Assembly (NCBI GenBank): GCA_016906335.1
Contig: JADEYG010000002.1
Coordinates: forward strand, 1,550,001 to 1,614,000
Direction: 5' to 3'
DNA from: Novakomyces olei
Lineage: Eukaryota
Length of the DNA: 64,000 bases
Shown in pieces: positions 39,122-51,664 of the stretch. The position numbers were made by a program, and so were the translations under genes. Position 1 is the first letter of the stretch. Every line of letters starts with the position of its first letter. The notes under the pieces were generated by a model. That model saw only the letters and a list, made by a program, of their open reading frames with translations, was not told where the DNA came from and made no database searches.

Positions 39122-41912
39122 CTAAGCTGCATGTCTGGACGTAGAGGCGCCCGCTAATGCAGCATGTAATGCTTCTGGTGTAGTGAGCGGCTCTTCACAC
39201 CTATAATCTCTACAAATATACGCCGTGGAATTGTCAGATTCCTTTGGCGAAAATTGTAGCAGGTGCGGATTGCGTTTGAATAGCCAGTTGCCTTTTTGAT
39301 TCTCCTGTTCCGTGTTCACAAAAACGGTTACATAATGAGGCAGAAAAGCGGTTCGAGTTACTTCCAACATCGCTTTTGTTCGTGGATTGCTGTACGCTCC
39401 AGCAATTACAATTTGCCCGACCCCATGCGATAAAAGGGGGACGCAGGCCGCTAAATAATTGGCTGCATAAGGCATACTATCAAGCAACGGCTGAAAACCG
39501 GCTAGTGTTTTGGAAGCAATTGCTTTGTACGAATCATCACCTGTCAGGGCAGAGAGACGAAACAAGTTTTCAACCGAAATCGAATTGGCACTCGGTTCAG
39601 CCATGTCCGTGTCTGCCAAGAATTAATATGGCAATTTTGAACATATCAAATAGTAAACTATAAAACTAAAACGAAATCTACAAAGAATGAAGACTAAAAC
39701 ATACCACTTTTCTTTCTCAGAATCACGTCTTTGGCTGAGGCCTCGGTAGTGTAAAACCCTCCATTATCCGTGTCAAGAAACAACTCATTCTGCTTATCTT
39801 GCAATTCTGCCGCCCACTGAATCCACTGCGGATCAAAACTTGCGATATATATATCGATTAAGCCTATAACAGTTAGCATTCAAGATCCACGTGCTAAGCA
39901 AACAGAGTAATAGTGACAATAATGCGTTTTTGACATGTTTTATCAACAATGTTTAGTGTGCAACTCACCTTTTATCAAAAAAGCATAGTCATCAGAAAAC
40001 GCGACTGGGTCGCCTGCACCTTCACGATATATGCGAGTTAATCGACCAGTCGAAGAATCATATAGGCTTTGCCGGATAAACTGTGCGCAATCAACAGCAG
40101 ACGCCAATACCTCTGTATCGTTAAACGCTCGAGCGGCAGTAGCTAGTCCAGAAATGGCCAGCCCATTCCATGCGGTAATGATTTTATCGTCCAAGTGAGG
40201 ACGAGGCCTTTCTGAGTTTCGCCAGTTTAACAAATTCGAGCGGCATTGCTCCAGGGTTTTTTGGACTTTAACTTCAGGCTGATTAAACTCTTTTGCAATT
40301 TCGCTGATTGATTTCGAGACTCGCAAAGTGTTTTTACCAGCAAGTTCGTGGTGAGGATCGTACCGGGCGTCCACATTGCCACCGTCTTGGATGCCCCAAT
40401 AAGCAGCGGCCAGTTTTGCGTCTGCGCCCAAAAGCTCATCAAACTCCTTACGCTCCCAAACATAAAACGCGCCTTCTTTTGTCTTCGTGTCGGCCCTAGT
40501 TGGAAGCGAGTCCGCGTCTTCTGCCGAGTAAAAAGCATTGCTTGCCCGTAATGCATCTTGATTTAAATACGTAATTACATCATAGGCGGCTTTCTTGAAC
40601 ATTGGGCGATGCGAAAGTTGAAAGGCTTCCGTATACGCAGTCAATAATTGAGCTTGGTCGTACAACATTTTTTCAAAATGTGGCAGAGACCAGTCTTGGG
40701 TAACAGAATAGCGTGAAAATCCATGACCAATTTGATCGTGAATGGCTCCTTGCCAAATGGCCTCCAGCGTCTTTGCAGACATTTCCAATGCATGCTTGCG
40801 TTCAGTTGCAGAAATAGTCGGCTCTAGCCCAGCAGCAATTCGATGAAGCATAAGCAGGGAAACGGGGGTCGGAAATTTCGGTGCACTGCCGAACCCACCA
40901 TTTTCTGAATCGAACCGTTTTTGCTGAAATATATATGCTTTCCTCAATACATGGTCCCAGTGAGGCTTCGAAGCGGATGGCGTATCGTTCTGACACCCTG
41001 TGTTAGACAATATTGATAACATAAAAAGGAAAACGGCAAACAAAAGCTGCAATGGGGTATCAAATACTGTAAACAAACAGCTTTAAACGGGAAAGCAAGT
41101 TGAGCATACATTAAGATCTTTTAATTGATTAAACATTTCGTCTGCAGATTTACGACACTTTTCTGGTTGTGTTGACCATAGTTGCGAGACACGGCCTAGC
41201 ACGTCTAGGAACGATGGACCTCTGACTCCAGCTGAAGATCCAGGACCGGCAAAGTAAGTGCCACCAAAGATTGGTTTGAGCTCAGGTGTTAAAAACACCT
41301 AGATAGGATTAAGTTTTGAGCCTGACAAATTTGGACCTGCCGAATTCTTTTTCTTATGACAGGCTTGCTTCTTCTTTTATTTTCTTTCTTTTATTTTCTT
41401 TCTTTCTTCCTCGACGCATCTTCTACTGCACTTACATTTAAGGGCCAACCACCAGAGCCGGTTGTAGCTTGAACAAATGCCTAAAGATCAGTATGACAAA
41501 GGTTCTTAGCAACATTACCATGTATATTGCATCAATATCGGGCCGCTCCTCCCGATCGACCTAAACTTTAGCGGGTGGCGGATAGTCAATCATCTCACTT
41601 TGATACTGATAAAATTGTCGTTCAGCTGATCGGCAACTTGGTCATTTTCAAAACTTTCATGCTCCATTACGTGACACCTGCTTTTAGCAATCGTTCAAAC
41701 GCAAGCGAAATGTCTAATTACCAGTGGCACGTGGAGTAGCCAATCGATAGAAAGATAAGCTTTTGCTCGCGACGCGCTTGATCTAGTACGACTGGCTTCC
41801 ACTCGTTCCAGCGGACAGGGTTCGCCATATGCTGGCGCAAGTACGGCGACTTTGCATACTGTAGGGCATTAAGAGAGGCCGACATAGTGCTGCTGGCACG
41901 CAAACGGTTCAT
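39122..41912 (-). CDS. SPATA20/YyaL-type thioredoxin-domain (DUF255) plus six-hairpin glycosidase-like protein, many exons
   Basis: [89 protein letters not shown]. Confidence 0.96.
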
Positions 41913-42194
41913 GGCTGAAGACTGTTTAAATCATTTCACCTCGTTGCGACTCGGTTTTGTTGATCATTATGACATAATACAGCAGAATAATCTTTATCGG
42001 CCAGTTTTGTATTATGTAATTACTGCTTGAGGAAACGGTAGGGAGACGGGCCCCGTCTCCCTAATTCCTATCTTTTATTCTGCCATACGATAAAACTGGG
42101 ACGTGTATCATATTGCTCAAATGATGTAAATAATCAATAAATAATAATATAATCTAAACCGTTTCGCCAGTCCATCGATGTACGCTAAAGAAAG

Positions 42195-45100
42195 ATGCGC
42201 AGGTTTCAAGGCAGCAAATGGCGCAATCAAATATTCACGACACTCCCTCGAGACGTAAGCTTTTGTCTTTGAGGCTTTACTAATTTTTGCTCAGCAATGG
42301 TATGAAGAACTCGGGCCAATCTCCATAAATGGCGGAGGAGACGGAAGCAGTTCCGTAGCTACAACTCACAAAGAGATCATTGTGGCGAGCGGACAGCACC
42401 TGAAGTTTGTGCCTCTTTGCACGCCTGGAAAAATTGGGCATGAGGCTCCCCGTGTGTCTTTTCCCGAGCCCATAAACGATGTTGCAACCTCTTTACTGGG
42501 CACAGGAACTGGTGCTGCCTTGACTCCTGAAGCTGTATGTCGCAAGTCTTTAATCAATTCTTGAAACTGGAATAATATGTAAATTGGAAAATATAACAAT
42601 TGGAAGCTATAAAAATTGGAAAATATAAAAATTGGAAAATTATAGCTAATTGCGCTATTAGTTACACGTCCTGTCCATCAAAGATGATGGCAGTCTCGAA
42701 GCTGTGGATGGCCGTCGCATTCAAGTAGACGGTGCTAAATCATGCTCGTTCCATCCACACATTCGCGGATTAGCCGCAGTTACTTGTGCACGAGCAGTGA
42801 GGCTTGTAGACACCGAGGCTGCTTCTGTCTTGCGAACAATAGACGACGAAAGGGATATTTTGGACTCGAGTTTTTCCAAAAACGGCCAATCTCTATGGAC
42901 TGCTACCCGTGATGGCAGTGTCAGCCAGTATGATTTACGGAGCAAAGACAGTGTCGTTTCCACTCTAAAACTGCAGTCTAATCGCATCATTGTTGATGCA
43001 ACTGGTCCAAAATTACTTGTATCGCACGTGTCTAAAATGCGGGACCGTATTGTAAATGTGTATGATGAGCAAGAGATTTCCGCTCCAGTCATATCCGCAA
43101 CGTACCAGAGTACGTCTAGTCGACCACTGGTGCCTGTTACTGATACGGAACGGGGAATATCGTACTTGTATGATAAGGCTGGCAATATTCTACGCTGGAT
43201 TGATCAAGGCGATAAACTGTCTTGTGGTAAGTCGAAAATGAATTTTCGTGCTCGTTTAATCTGCTTTGTTCTAATATATGCGCAGGAGTTGCTGATCTGC
43301 CAAGTACGCAAGTGTCTGGAGTTACCCTGAGCCCGATTCGTACACTGGACCTAATGTCGGCGGAAATAAATCGGCTTTTAATAGCCGATGAGGGCAATGT
43401 ATCTACGATTAGCGTTAAAGTTCCCAGGAGATCGTACTCTGATTTTCATGCCGATTTATATCCTGATATTTTAGACACTAACCATTTTGTCTCCTGGGAG
43501 CAATGGTCAAATCAGCCTTCCTACGATCCAGTTAAAGTCAAAGTGACTCCATCCACTGTCGCAGGCTTTGGGCTTAATACTACAGAGGCAGTTGCACCTG
43601 CAAAGGGTTACGACCAGAGCGATAATCGGGCTGATACAGAGCCTAAAGCATCGCAATCAGACGCAATAGCAGACGGAAGAAAACCGGTAGAAACAAAAAA
43701 GGTTGTTCAAGAAAAAGAATCTGTACAAGAAAACGAATCTGTTCAAAGGAAGCATCTTAAAGCTCAGAAAGATCAACCTCAGGCTCCAGCTAGCAAGAGC
43801 TCAGTAACTGAAGACAAATCATCCAAACCTGGATCAAAAGCAATTAAAAAGGAAAATTCAGACTGGTCAAGAAAATATCTTGCCGGCCGATTACTCCATC
43901 CAAGTACATTTTTCGTGTCTTTGTCAGACGTGGATCTTGGCCGGAGCTCCGGTAAACGGATGATAGACGCCACTAGCAAGTTCTTGGCTTTCCCTATACG
44001 TGGCGGAGGACGGGTTGTAGTACATCCGCTAGACAAACCAGGACGAATGCCCAGCGTTCTCAATGGCCTGGAGAACGGCTCTTTACTCGCTGATTTCGAA
44101 CTTGACCCGTTCAACCCTGGCCGTATTGCTTGCATTTCCAGCAATGGCGTAATTCGGGTCTATGATTATTCAGGCAAGGAAGCTGCAAATGAGCCTTTAA
44201 TTATTCATGAAGGTAACTTTCGGTAAGAGTATACAATGCTAATCAAGGTGTAGGGAAGAGTATAGAGAGTGCTGTTGATTTGCACTGGAATCCAGTCGCA
44301 AGCGATATTTTTGCTGTATCTTCCGACTCTTCGAATATAAAAAATATTTCCATATTTTCATTACTGTCTGAAGAGATTGTGTTACAAATCCCGATAGAGT
44401 CAAAGGGGGCATGTGTTTGCTTTTATTTTCTTTTATTCAATTTCGTCTGCTTTAAATCCAGTCTATACTGTATCAAATCTTTATTTTTGTTTTTTAATTT
44501 GTATTCAACTTTCTAATTCTTTACAGATTTTTGGTTCGTCTTGGAGTCCGGATGGGTACCGTGTCGCCGTTGCTGCAAAAGATCCCAAGATTGTGATTGT
44601 GGATTTGAGCATTCCCGCAAAGATAAGTCGCTTTGAGATAAAGATTTCTCAGAAATCGACTCGGCCATTCAAAATCTGCTGGTTGACTTCAGATTTAATA
44701 TTATGGACCGGATTTGGTCCGGCTTCCATACGACAAATGGCGATTTACCGGACTGCTCAAGGCACGGGCGAGATGATATACTCGAGCCAGATCGACCAAT
44801 CGTCCTCGAACATATTTTCTCATTTTGATGCTGACACCAGCATAATCTATCTTTCATCAAGAGGGTGAGACTGAACCTTTTTGTCCATACGTTCCTTATA
44901 TATATTTATTTTTTGGCTTCCGTTCTAATTTGGCAGTGAGCGCTCAATTTTGGCGTATCAATTGGTGATTAAAGATAATGGGGACGTTTCAGTAATCAAA
45001 TTGCCATCATTTACTGGAGGCACAAGCGCTATTGATGGAGTCTGTTTCCTTCCAAAATTCGTTGTGGACACGCCAAAAGTTGAGGTTGCACGAGCGCTTA

Positions 45101-45693
45101 TACTGGAGAGCGACAGAATTGAAGTGATAGGGTTCTATATTCCAAGGAAAAGGGTGAGGGCAAGCAGTGTGATGAACGAGCTAATTCTTGTACTAGGTCG
45201 AGTTTTTCCAGGACGATATATATCCGCCCACTATTAATACCGAGAAACCAGCACTGTCGGCGATCGAATGGCTAAATAAGGAACCGGCTTCCCTAGAGAC
45301 GTTAGATCTAAGGCCGGAGAATATGCAAAAATGTAAATCAAAAGTTTTTTTTACCTTGAATAGTCTAATTTTGTTTAATTTAATTTATTTTAATTTAATT
45401 TAATTTATTTAGTTTTATCTAAATTTAATTAATTTATACTTTTAATTTGTTGGAGAAACCAATACTCACTGGCTATAGTATCAGAGGCCCCCGCTGAGGA
45501 AAATACAAAGCACTACGGAACTGTTTCAGAAGAGACGGCAGTGTTTCAAAAACGTGAAGAGGATGCAACTTCTCGAGAAAAGTCTATTCAAGACATGCTG
45601 CAAAAAGCCAGTCTAGGCCAGGACGACTTAGAGGTCTACAGCAAAGGCGACCGGGAGCAATCAGATTATGACGATAGTGATTGGGGCGATTAG
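42195..45693 (+). CDS. Tandem coronin (Coronin-7/POD-1 type), multi-exon
   Basis: MRRFQGSKWRN start; two coronin C-terminal-extension signatures (VPRRSYSDFHADLYPD and IPRKR/VEFFQDDIYPPT); ends DLRPENMQKLSEAP...DYDDSDWGD*. Confidence 0.85.
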
Positions 45694-45775
45694 AAAAGTC
45701 GACAGAAGCCAAAGTCGACAGAAGCCAAAGTCGACACAGAGGCCGATCAGATAGTATAGTCGAGTAGTTGTGTAG

Positions 45776-45858
45776 TAAATATAAATATAAATATAAATAT
45801 AAATATAAATATAAATATAAATATAAATATAAATATAAATATAAATATAAATATAAAT
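45776..45858. repeat. (TAAATA)n microsatellite, about 14 copies
   Basis: Directly visible, immediately 5' of the TRS120 ORF. Confidence 0.95.
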
Positions 45859-45864
45859 CGATGG

Positions 45865-46972
45865 ATGCATGACGAGTCTGGGCAGATGCTCAACGGCGTC
45901 GCCAATGAAGGCGAGCGCGATAGCCATATTGGCCTTTCGCGTGAGCTGCGGTACACGTCAATGGCGTGTCCGCGGTGCCTCGTAACTGTACTGCCGACTC
46001 TGCCGGTGGAAGCGTCCAAGTTTGAAGAGTACTTTAGCGGTATTGACAAGCACAGTCTTGTGCGCCTGGGCGATATAACGCCAGACCGGTCAGAGCAGGG
46101 CAATGTCTTTAGCCCTCTCGGGTTCCCTCAGGGCCAATTGCAGTGGAATATGGTGCGGACGATTGACGCTGAGCTGGAGGCGATGGGCGATCTCTGCTTG
46201 GCGTACAGAACATTTGCCATAATCGCAGTAGTGGACGGCACTCGGCCGTTTACCCGCACAGAGATCGCAGACGGCCTCGCTGAGCTGCACAGACTGGTGC
46301 CGCAGGCGGTTATGTCTACGTGCGTCATCTTTGGGTGTACAGACAGGGCTTACGAGGATATAGGCGTCCTTTCCGACGTGGATGACGACAAGGCAGCGCT
46401 GGCTCTGCGCGCTGCCCTGTGCGACTATAGCTCACAGTTTCTCGTACGGCTCACTGCTATTATGGAGGAGATTCAGAGCAAACAGACGATGGAGACGCCC
46501 TACACGAAGACTATCGACGACGACGATGACGTCGTTGAGCAGGAGCTAGACAGCCATTTTCCCAGTACACGGGAGTATTCCTCCTCCTCCTCCTCTTTCT
46601 CTCCCTCCACGGCAAAGCCCAAGGCATCTGGGGCAAAGGCCAGGCGGCACCACGCACACAAGCAGTCGCTGTTCAGCGTCCTGGGCACAACTGAGCGCAG
46701 TAAAATGGGGTCTATGGCTCGGAAAAGCAAGTGCATTGGCGACCTGTACCTCTTGTCCGGCCGACTAACTGACGCCCTGAAGCTGTTTACAGAGGCCGCT
46801 ACTGTATCCAAATCGTGCAACGATCATCTATGGTGCGCCCTCGCCCTCGAAGGGATCCTCACTACAATGTTTTTGATGACGTACCTCCGCACGTCAAACG
46901 ATTACCCGCCGGGACTGCTGGAGCTGCACAGCCGCTTTGAGCAAAGGTCAGAGAGTTTGGCTCAGGAAGCGC

Positions 46973-47003
<31 letters not shown>

Positions 47004-50000
47004 GCAACAAGCAGCAGCTCAATTGAAAAGCAGCTCGAGTGTTCTGCTCTGGGACTATATAGACGACATTGAGGAGCAAGTACACACTCTTTACCTGAAA
47101 TCACGTAACCTGAAAGCCGATACGGTACCGCTACTGCACTATGTGCTGAGCAATTTGAGGTACGCGGCACTGCTGGCCACGCGTATGAGGCTGGGAGGCG
47201 ACGAGACGCGGGTGGCAGAGGCGGTAGTGCTGTGCAGGTACGAGGCGGGCAGTACAGCTGACCATTTCCTGCTCGGGTCCTGCCGTGTCCGGGAAATCTG
47301 TAGCAGAGCCAAGATGTTCCGCTTGTCCTCAATGCCCTTTGAAACGCAGTGTTCGATTGAAGGCTTTATCGTGTCCATTTACGCCTTTTGTGAAATGTAC
47401 AGATCAATGGCGTTTCATGTAAGGAACCTTATTCACCTCACCGATCCCGTATGCGTTCGGGTCCAGGTGCAAAACGCTTCAGAACTTGGGCTGCACCCGG
47501 CTACTGCCTTTGGCAACTCGCCGAGTCCCTTTGCTACAGAGAATCGGCAGCTGTTTAGTCTGCTATACAAAGCAATACGATCCATGGACAAGCAGCCTGG
47601 GGCATCGGCGGCTCAGCGTGGAGGGTTTAGTACAGGGTTTAGTACAGGGTTTAGTACAGGGTTTAGTACAGCGTTTAGTACAGGCAAAGCAGAGGGCTGG
47701 ATGAGTTTAAAAAAGATCCTTATTCTTGAATGCATTTCCTTATTCGAGGCCGCTTCTTTTGTCTCGGCTGCTCTTGTCTTTACTGCTATGCTGCTCCAAT
47801 CGTGCTCACAAATTCTACATCGGCAGGAGCAAATAAACATTGCTGCCTCTGTGCCCAAACTGCTGCACAGAGCCCGGTCTGTAAGCCCTGTGGGACAGCC
47901 GCCGTCGTTTGAGTTTTGGTGTGACAGTCTTGTGTGCGGTATAGAGACAGCTGTGGCAGCTGGCGTCGTTGTCCCTCAACGAGTACACAGACGGCCTCAG
48001 TCTGCCGACCTCAGCGGACCTGCCAACGGGTCTGCGGATGCCCGTGGCAAAAGTGCCTTTGCTCTGCCGATTCCTGGCTTTTTCCACAATGTGCACAAGG
48101 CCAGTACCTTGCAAGCAGCTGACTCGGTAGTGTATGCCGTGTGCGGTGAGGCGTTGGATATTACTGTCACTATGCAGAACCCGTTCCCCTACGAGCTGGA
48201 CTGCCAGGGGATTACTCTGCTCACTGACCCAAATCCTCTGCCGCTCTCTGGCAAGTCTCTGCGGCTGGCGCCGGACCGCAGGCAGCAGCTGACCTTCAGC
48301 CTGGTGCCCACTGTTCCAGGCCCCTTGCGGGTCTATGGCTGCCGAATGTCTGTGGACGGGTCAGCGCCCAAGGAGTTTGCTGTGGCAAAGGGAAGGCAGC
48401 TAGAAATTGCTGCTGAATGCCTTGTTTTACCACCTCAGCCGTACCTGCACTTTTATTGTAAACCTGCAGCTTTGAACTTACGGTACGGGGAGAAGCAGCG
48501 TGTACAGCTGCACCTCGACAACGTGTCTGATATTGCAGTTGACGCTTTGCAAATCAGTTTCCAGGCAAGCGGGTCTGCTACTGACGAAACGCTCAGTGGG
48601 AGTATTGCCATTGCCAGTAGCACACGGCAGTACCCGTCCGAGGCAGACGCGTTCTTTAGCGAAAGCCTGGACGCCGATCAGCCTGCTCTGCGTCTCGTCG
48701 ACAGCAGCTTTGCCTGCAAGTATGAGCCCGGCTTGATTCCTGCCTCGAGTGCAATTTGCCTTGAGGCTGAAGTATTTGGCCGGCCGGGCCTGGAGGCGCT
48801 GCTTCTCAATGTCCATTATGGCCGAGGCAGTGAGGGCGGGGCTGGCACAGAGTGGCAACGGTCTACCTTGTTCCGTCTGCCTGTAAACTCTCTGCCTGTT
48901 CCTCACATAGTCGGCATCAATGTCGCTTCAGAGTTTGGTACCCTCGACGAATCGTCAACTGCTCAGTGGGCAGTGGCAGAAATTCAAATAATGAACTCGG
49001 AATCTACAGCCTTCACGGTGACCCTCCAACCGGACGGGAAGCCGTTTACTACAAACACTGAACCCAATACTCTATCAATGTATGCCTTTTTATTTTTTAT
49101 TTGCTCGCTTATTAAATCTGCTCGTATATTTTGATTTACTTGTTTCACAAAAGAATCACGATTTCGGGTTTATGTTTATTTAAATTAAGAGTGCATGCTC
49201 TATTCTATTTATTTGTTTATCCGGTTGTTACGCTTCTCCTGTTTTACGTCTCCTGTTTTACGTCTCCTGTTTTACGTCTCCTGTTTTACGTCTCCTGTTT
49301 TACGTCTCCTGTTTTACGTCTCCTGTTTTACGTCTCCTGTTTTACGTCTCCTGTTTTACATTTCATGTCTTACATTTCATGTTTCACGTGTTTTACACTT
49401 CATTTTAGATTCAGCATTCAATGTTTAATATTACTGTTCTTTTGTTTGTCAATTCTTATTGGGTCAATAATCAATCGCTTACAACTCAGGATGACTGTTC
49501 CCTTTCACAAGCTGCAAATACCAGATACGCAGCTTCGTGCATCTATTCCCAACTTATCTAAACGGCAATTTGTTGTTTCCTCACAGGGCCCCTTGTCGGC
49601 GGAAGAAGATGTGCAGATGCGTAGACTCTTTTGGGTAAAGTACTATTTGCTCCAAAAGCTGTCTTTCAAATGGTGCGACACTGAGGGTAGAGTGGGCGAT
49701 GTGAATATGCGATCGATAAGCCTTGATCAAAGCTCCGCTTTCCATTGCCTGGCAGCAAAAGCCAATGTTATAGTCGAAATGGTCGACACCGAAAGTAGTG
49801 AAAAGAGGCATTTGCCGATAGTAGATGATTACTGCCTGTTGCGCTTACATGTTTCCAACTTGTCAGATCAAGTTTTGAGTGGGAAAGTGAGCGTACGGTT
49901 CTTTACGGATTCCCATCTAGTAGTGCCGGAGGGCTCAATAAAGCCATCACGAAAGATATTGCTGGACGATTCCGAGGACAAGGTGTTTCATATACGGAGC

Positions 50001-50129
50001 AATGCGTCTCTAGAATTTCAAGTTCCCTTTGTTGTCATAGCGGCTGGGCGCTATTCGTATCGAGTCGATGTCGTTGATGATCGGCAGCAGCTCGTGATTT
50101 CCAAGATTTGCAAGTTTAGTGCATGCTAG
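45865..50129 (+). CDS. TRS120: TRAPP II subunit Trs120; intron about 49080-49489; start codon uncertain
   Basis: VRLGDITPD..NVFSPLGFPQG, RKSKCIGDLYLLSGR..DAL, NDHLWCALALEGI, VTMQNPF, IPNLSKRQFVVS, RRLFW. Confidence 0.9.
47623..47682 (+). repeat. (GGGTTTAGTACA)x5 coding repeat encoding GFST units
   Basis: Directly visible; the last copy carries one substitution. Confidence 0.95.
49236..49359. repeat. (CTCCTGTTTTACGT)n 14-mer, about 9 copies, in the TRS120 intron
   Basis: Directly visible. Confidence 0.95.
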
Positions 50130-50543
50130 ACTAGAAATGGCAGAAATTGGAAGAATACCAGGGCAAAAAGAGCGGTTACGAAAGTACACTCAAAATTAAG
50201 TTTGTTTCAATGGAAAAGGTCACGCTTTGTGGGTGATGTTCTCCCCTATTATGTCATAAGTACGTATGTAGTCTCGTTACCTCTGTATGAGCTAATTCTC
50301 AACTAGTGCACCGTTCCTGCAGTCATATTCTTCCTTGACAAATGTACATGAAATTTGCGAAGTTTCTCTGCTAAAGTGAGACATTGCTGCGCCCTGCACC
50401 CAAACTTGTCCAAGAACTTTTTGGTGTTGGGCCGCGTATATAATGGCCGTTGTCACGAACAATTGGTCTATAGCCAGACTGACCCTCGCCAGACAGAGAG
50501 ACAGTTTGCATAGACTCTCCTTCTATCGACTATCAGAGACGAT

Positions 50544-51664
50544 ATGCTACTGATCAACATCGTCAGTGCTGCTGGCCTCGTGGCTATCAGCCAGGCTCTG
50601 CCATTAGCTGTTAATGCCGAAAATAAAGAGACCTCAGTTTCAACTATGCCTGCACAAACATCTCCCCCGCTTATGGCAGCTGTAATCAGCCAAGATTCAG
50701 CTGATAAAGATGAGATGTTCAACCCAAATTCAACTATTTCCGAACAAATACTTGGCCCGGTTGAAACAGCTATAGTAACAAGCCAAGATTCAGCTGTTCA
50801 AGATGAGATGGCCAAGCCAAATTCGACTACTGCCGAACAAATTTATGGCCGGTTTCTGGAAGAAGAAGGTGACAAGAAATTGGAGAGCGCGAGATACGAT
50901 GGTAAGCTAAAATCTAGTTGAATAATAAAAAAAATATTCTGAGAAGTATCAATATCTTGTTAAGGGTGGATTGGCATTTGGTTCCGATATAAAAGAATTT
51001 CGTTTCCTTTTTGCCGCTAAATTGTTCACAAAAAAAGACTGGAGAAGTTGATAAAATTGTTGTGATGTCTTTCTAACCCTGATGCAGCTGTACTGAGTAT
51101 CAAAACGTCCAAAAATGGAACAGACGAGTCTACTTTGACCGTCATTGGAAACGTTTCTGAAGAGCCTTTCGTGGAAGTTTTCCCTGTTTCTTTTGATGGT
51201 ATGCTCCGGCCTGTTTCTGTCCTCTTTTTAGTCCTATCTCGACTATACATTTTTTCTTACCTTTCCATGCTTTTTGATTTTATTATACATAACTCTAATT
51301 GTGTGCAGACAAACCAAAACTAGGCCCATGCGATGCCGCTCAATCCGTTAGCCATCATAGTGAGGTAGATACTTCGTCAGACAACGAGATTTCTACAGGA
51401 CAAGATGATTTGAATGGGTTAGACAACGAGATTTCTACTGGACAAGATAATTTGAATGGGTCAATCCGTCGTGTCAAAAGACACGGTTCGTTCAGAATCC
51501 TTCAAATAAGAAGGATCTTGCAAAGGATGAAGGGGAAGCGTAGGCATTACTTCAAACCCAGCAGCCAGAGAAGCGATAGCTTTGAGTATCGTCCGGCTCA
51601 AAAACCCGCAAACGAGGGAAACAAGGGGGCTGCGGAGCCAATTAAAGGACCGTCTCGCCAGTAG
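50544..51664 (+). CDS. Orphan secreted repeat-containing protein, about 274 aa; exons 50544-50901, 51088-51198, 51309-51664
   Basis: Signal-peptide-like MLLINIVSAAGLVAISQA-LP. Two phase-1 GT-AG introns with CTAAC/CTAAT branch points join three ORFs in frame. Internal repeats and RRVKR/KRR sites. Confidence 0.75.

Noticed and set aside
49131-49489. Hydrophobic repetitive N-terminus of the 332-aa ORF (apparent membrane protein)
   Set aside because: It is the translation of the T-rich TRS120 intron and its 14-mer repeat; only the part after the CAG at about 49489 is coding.
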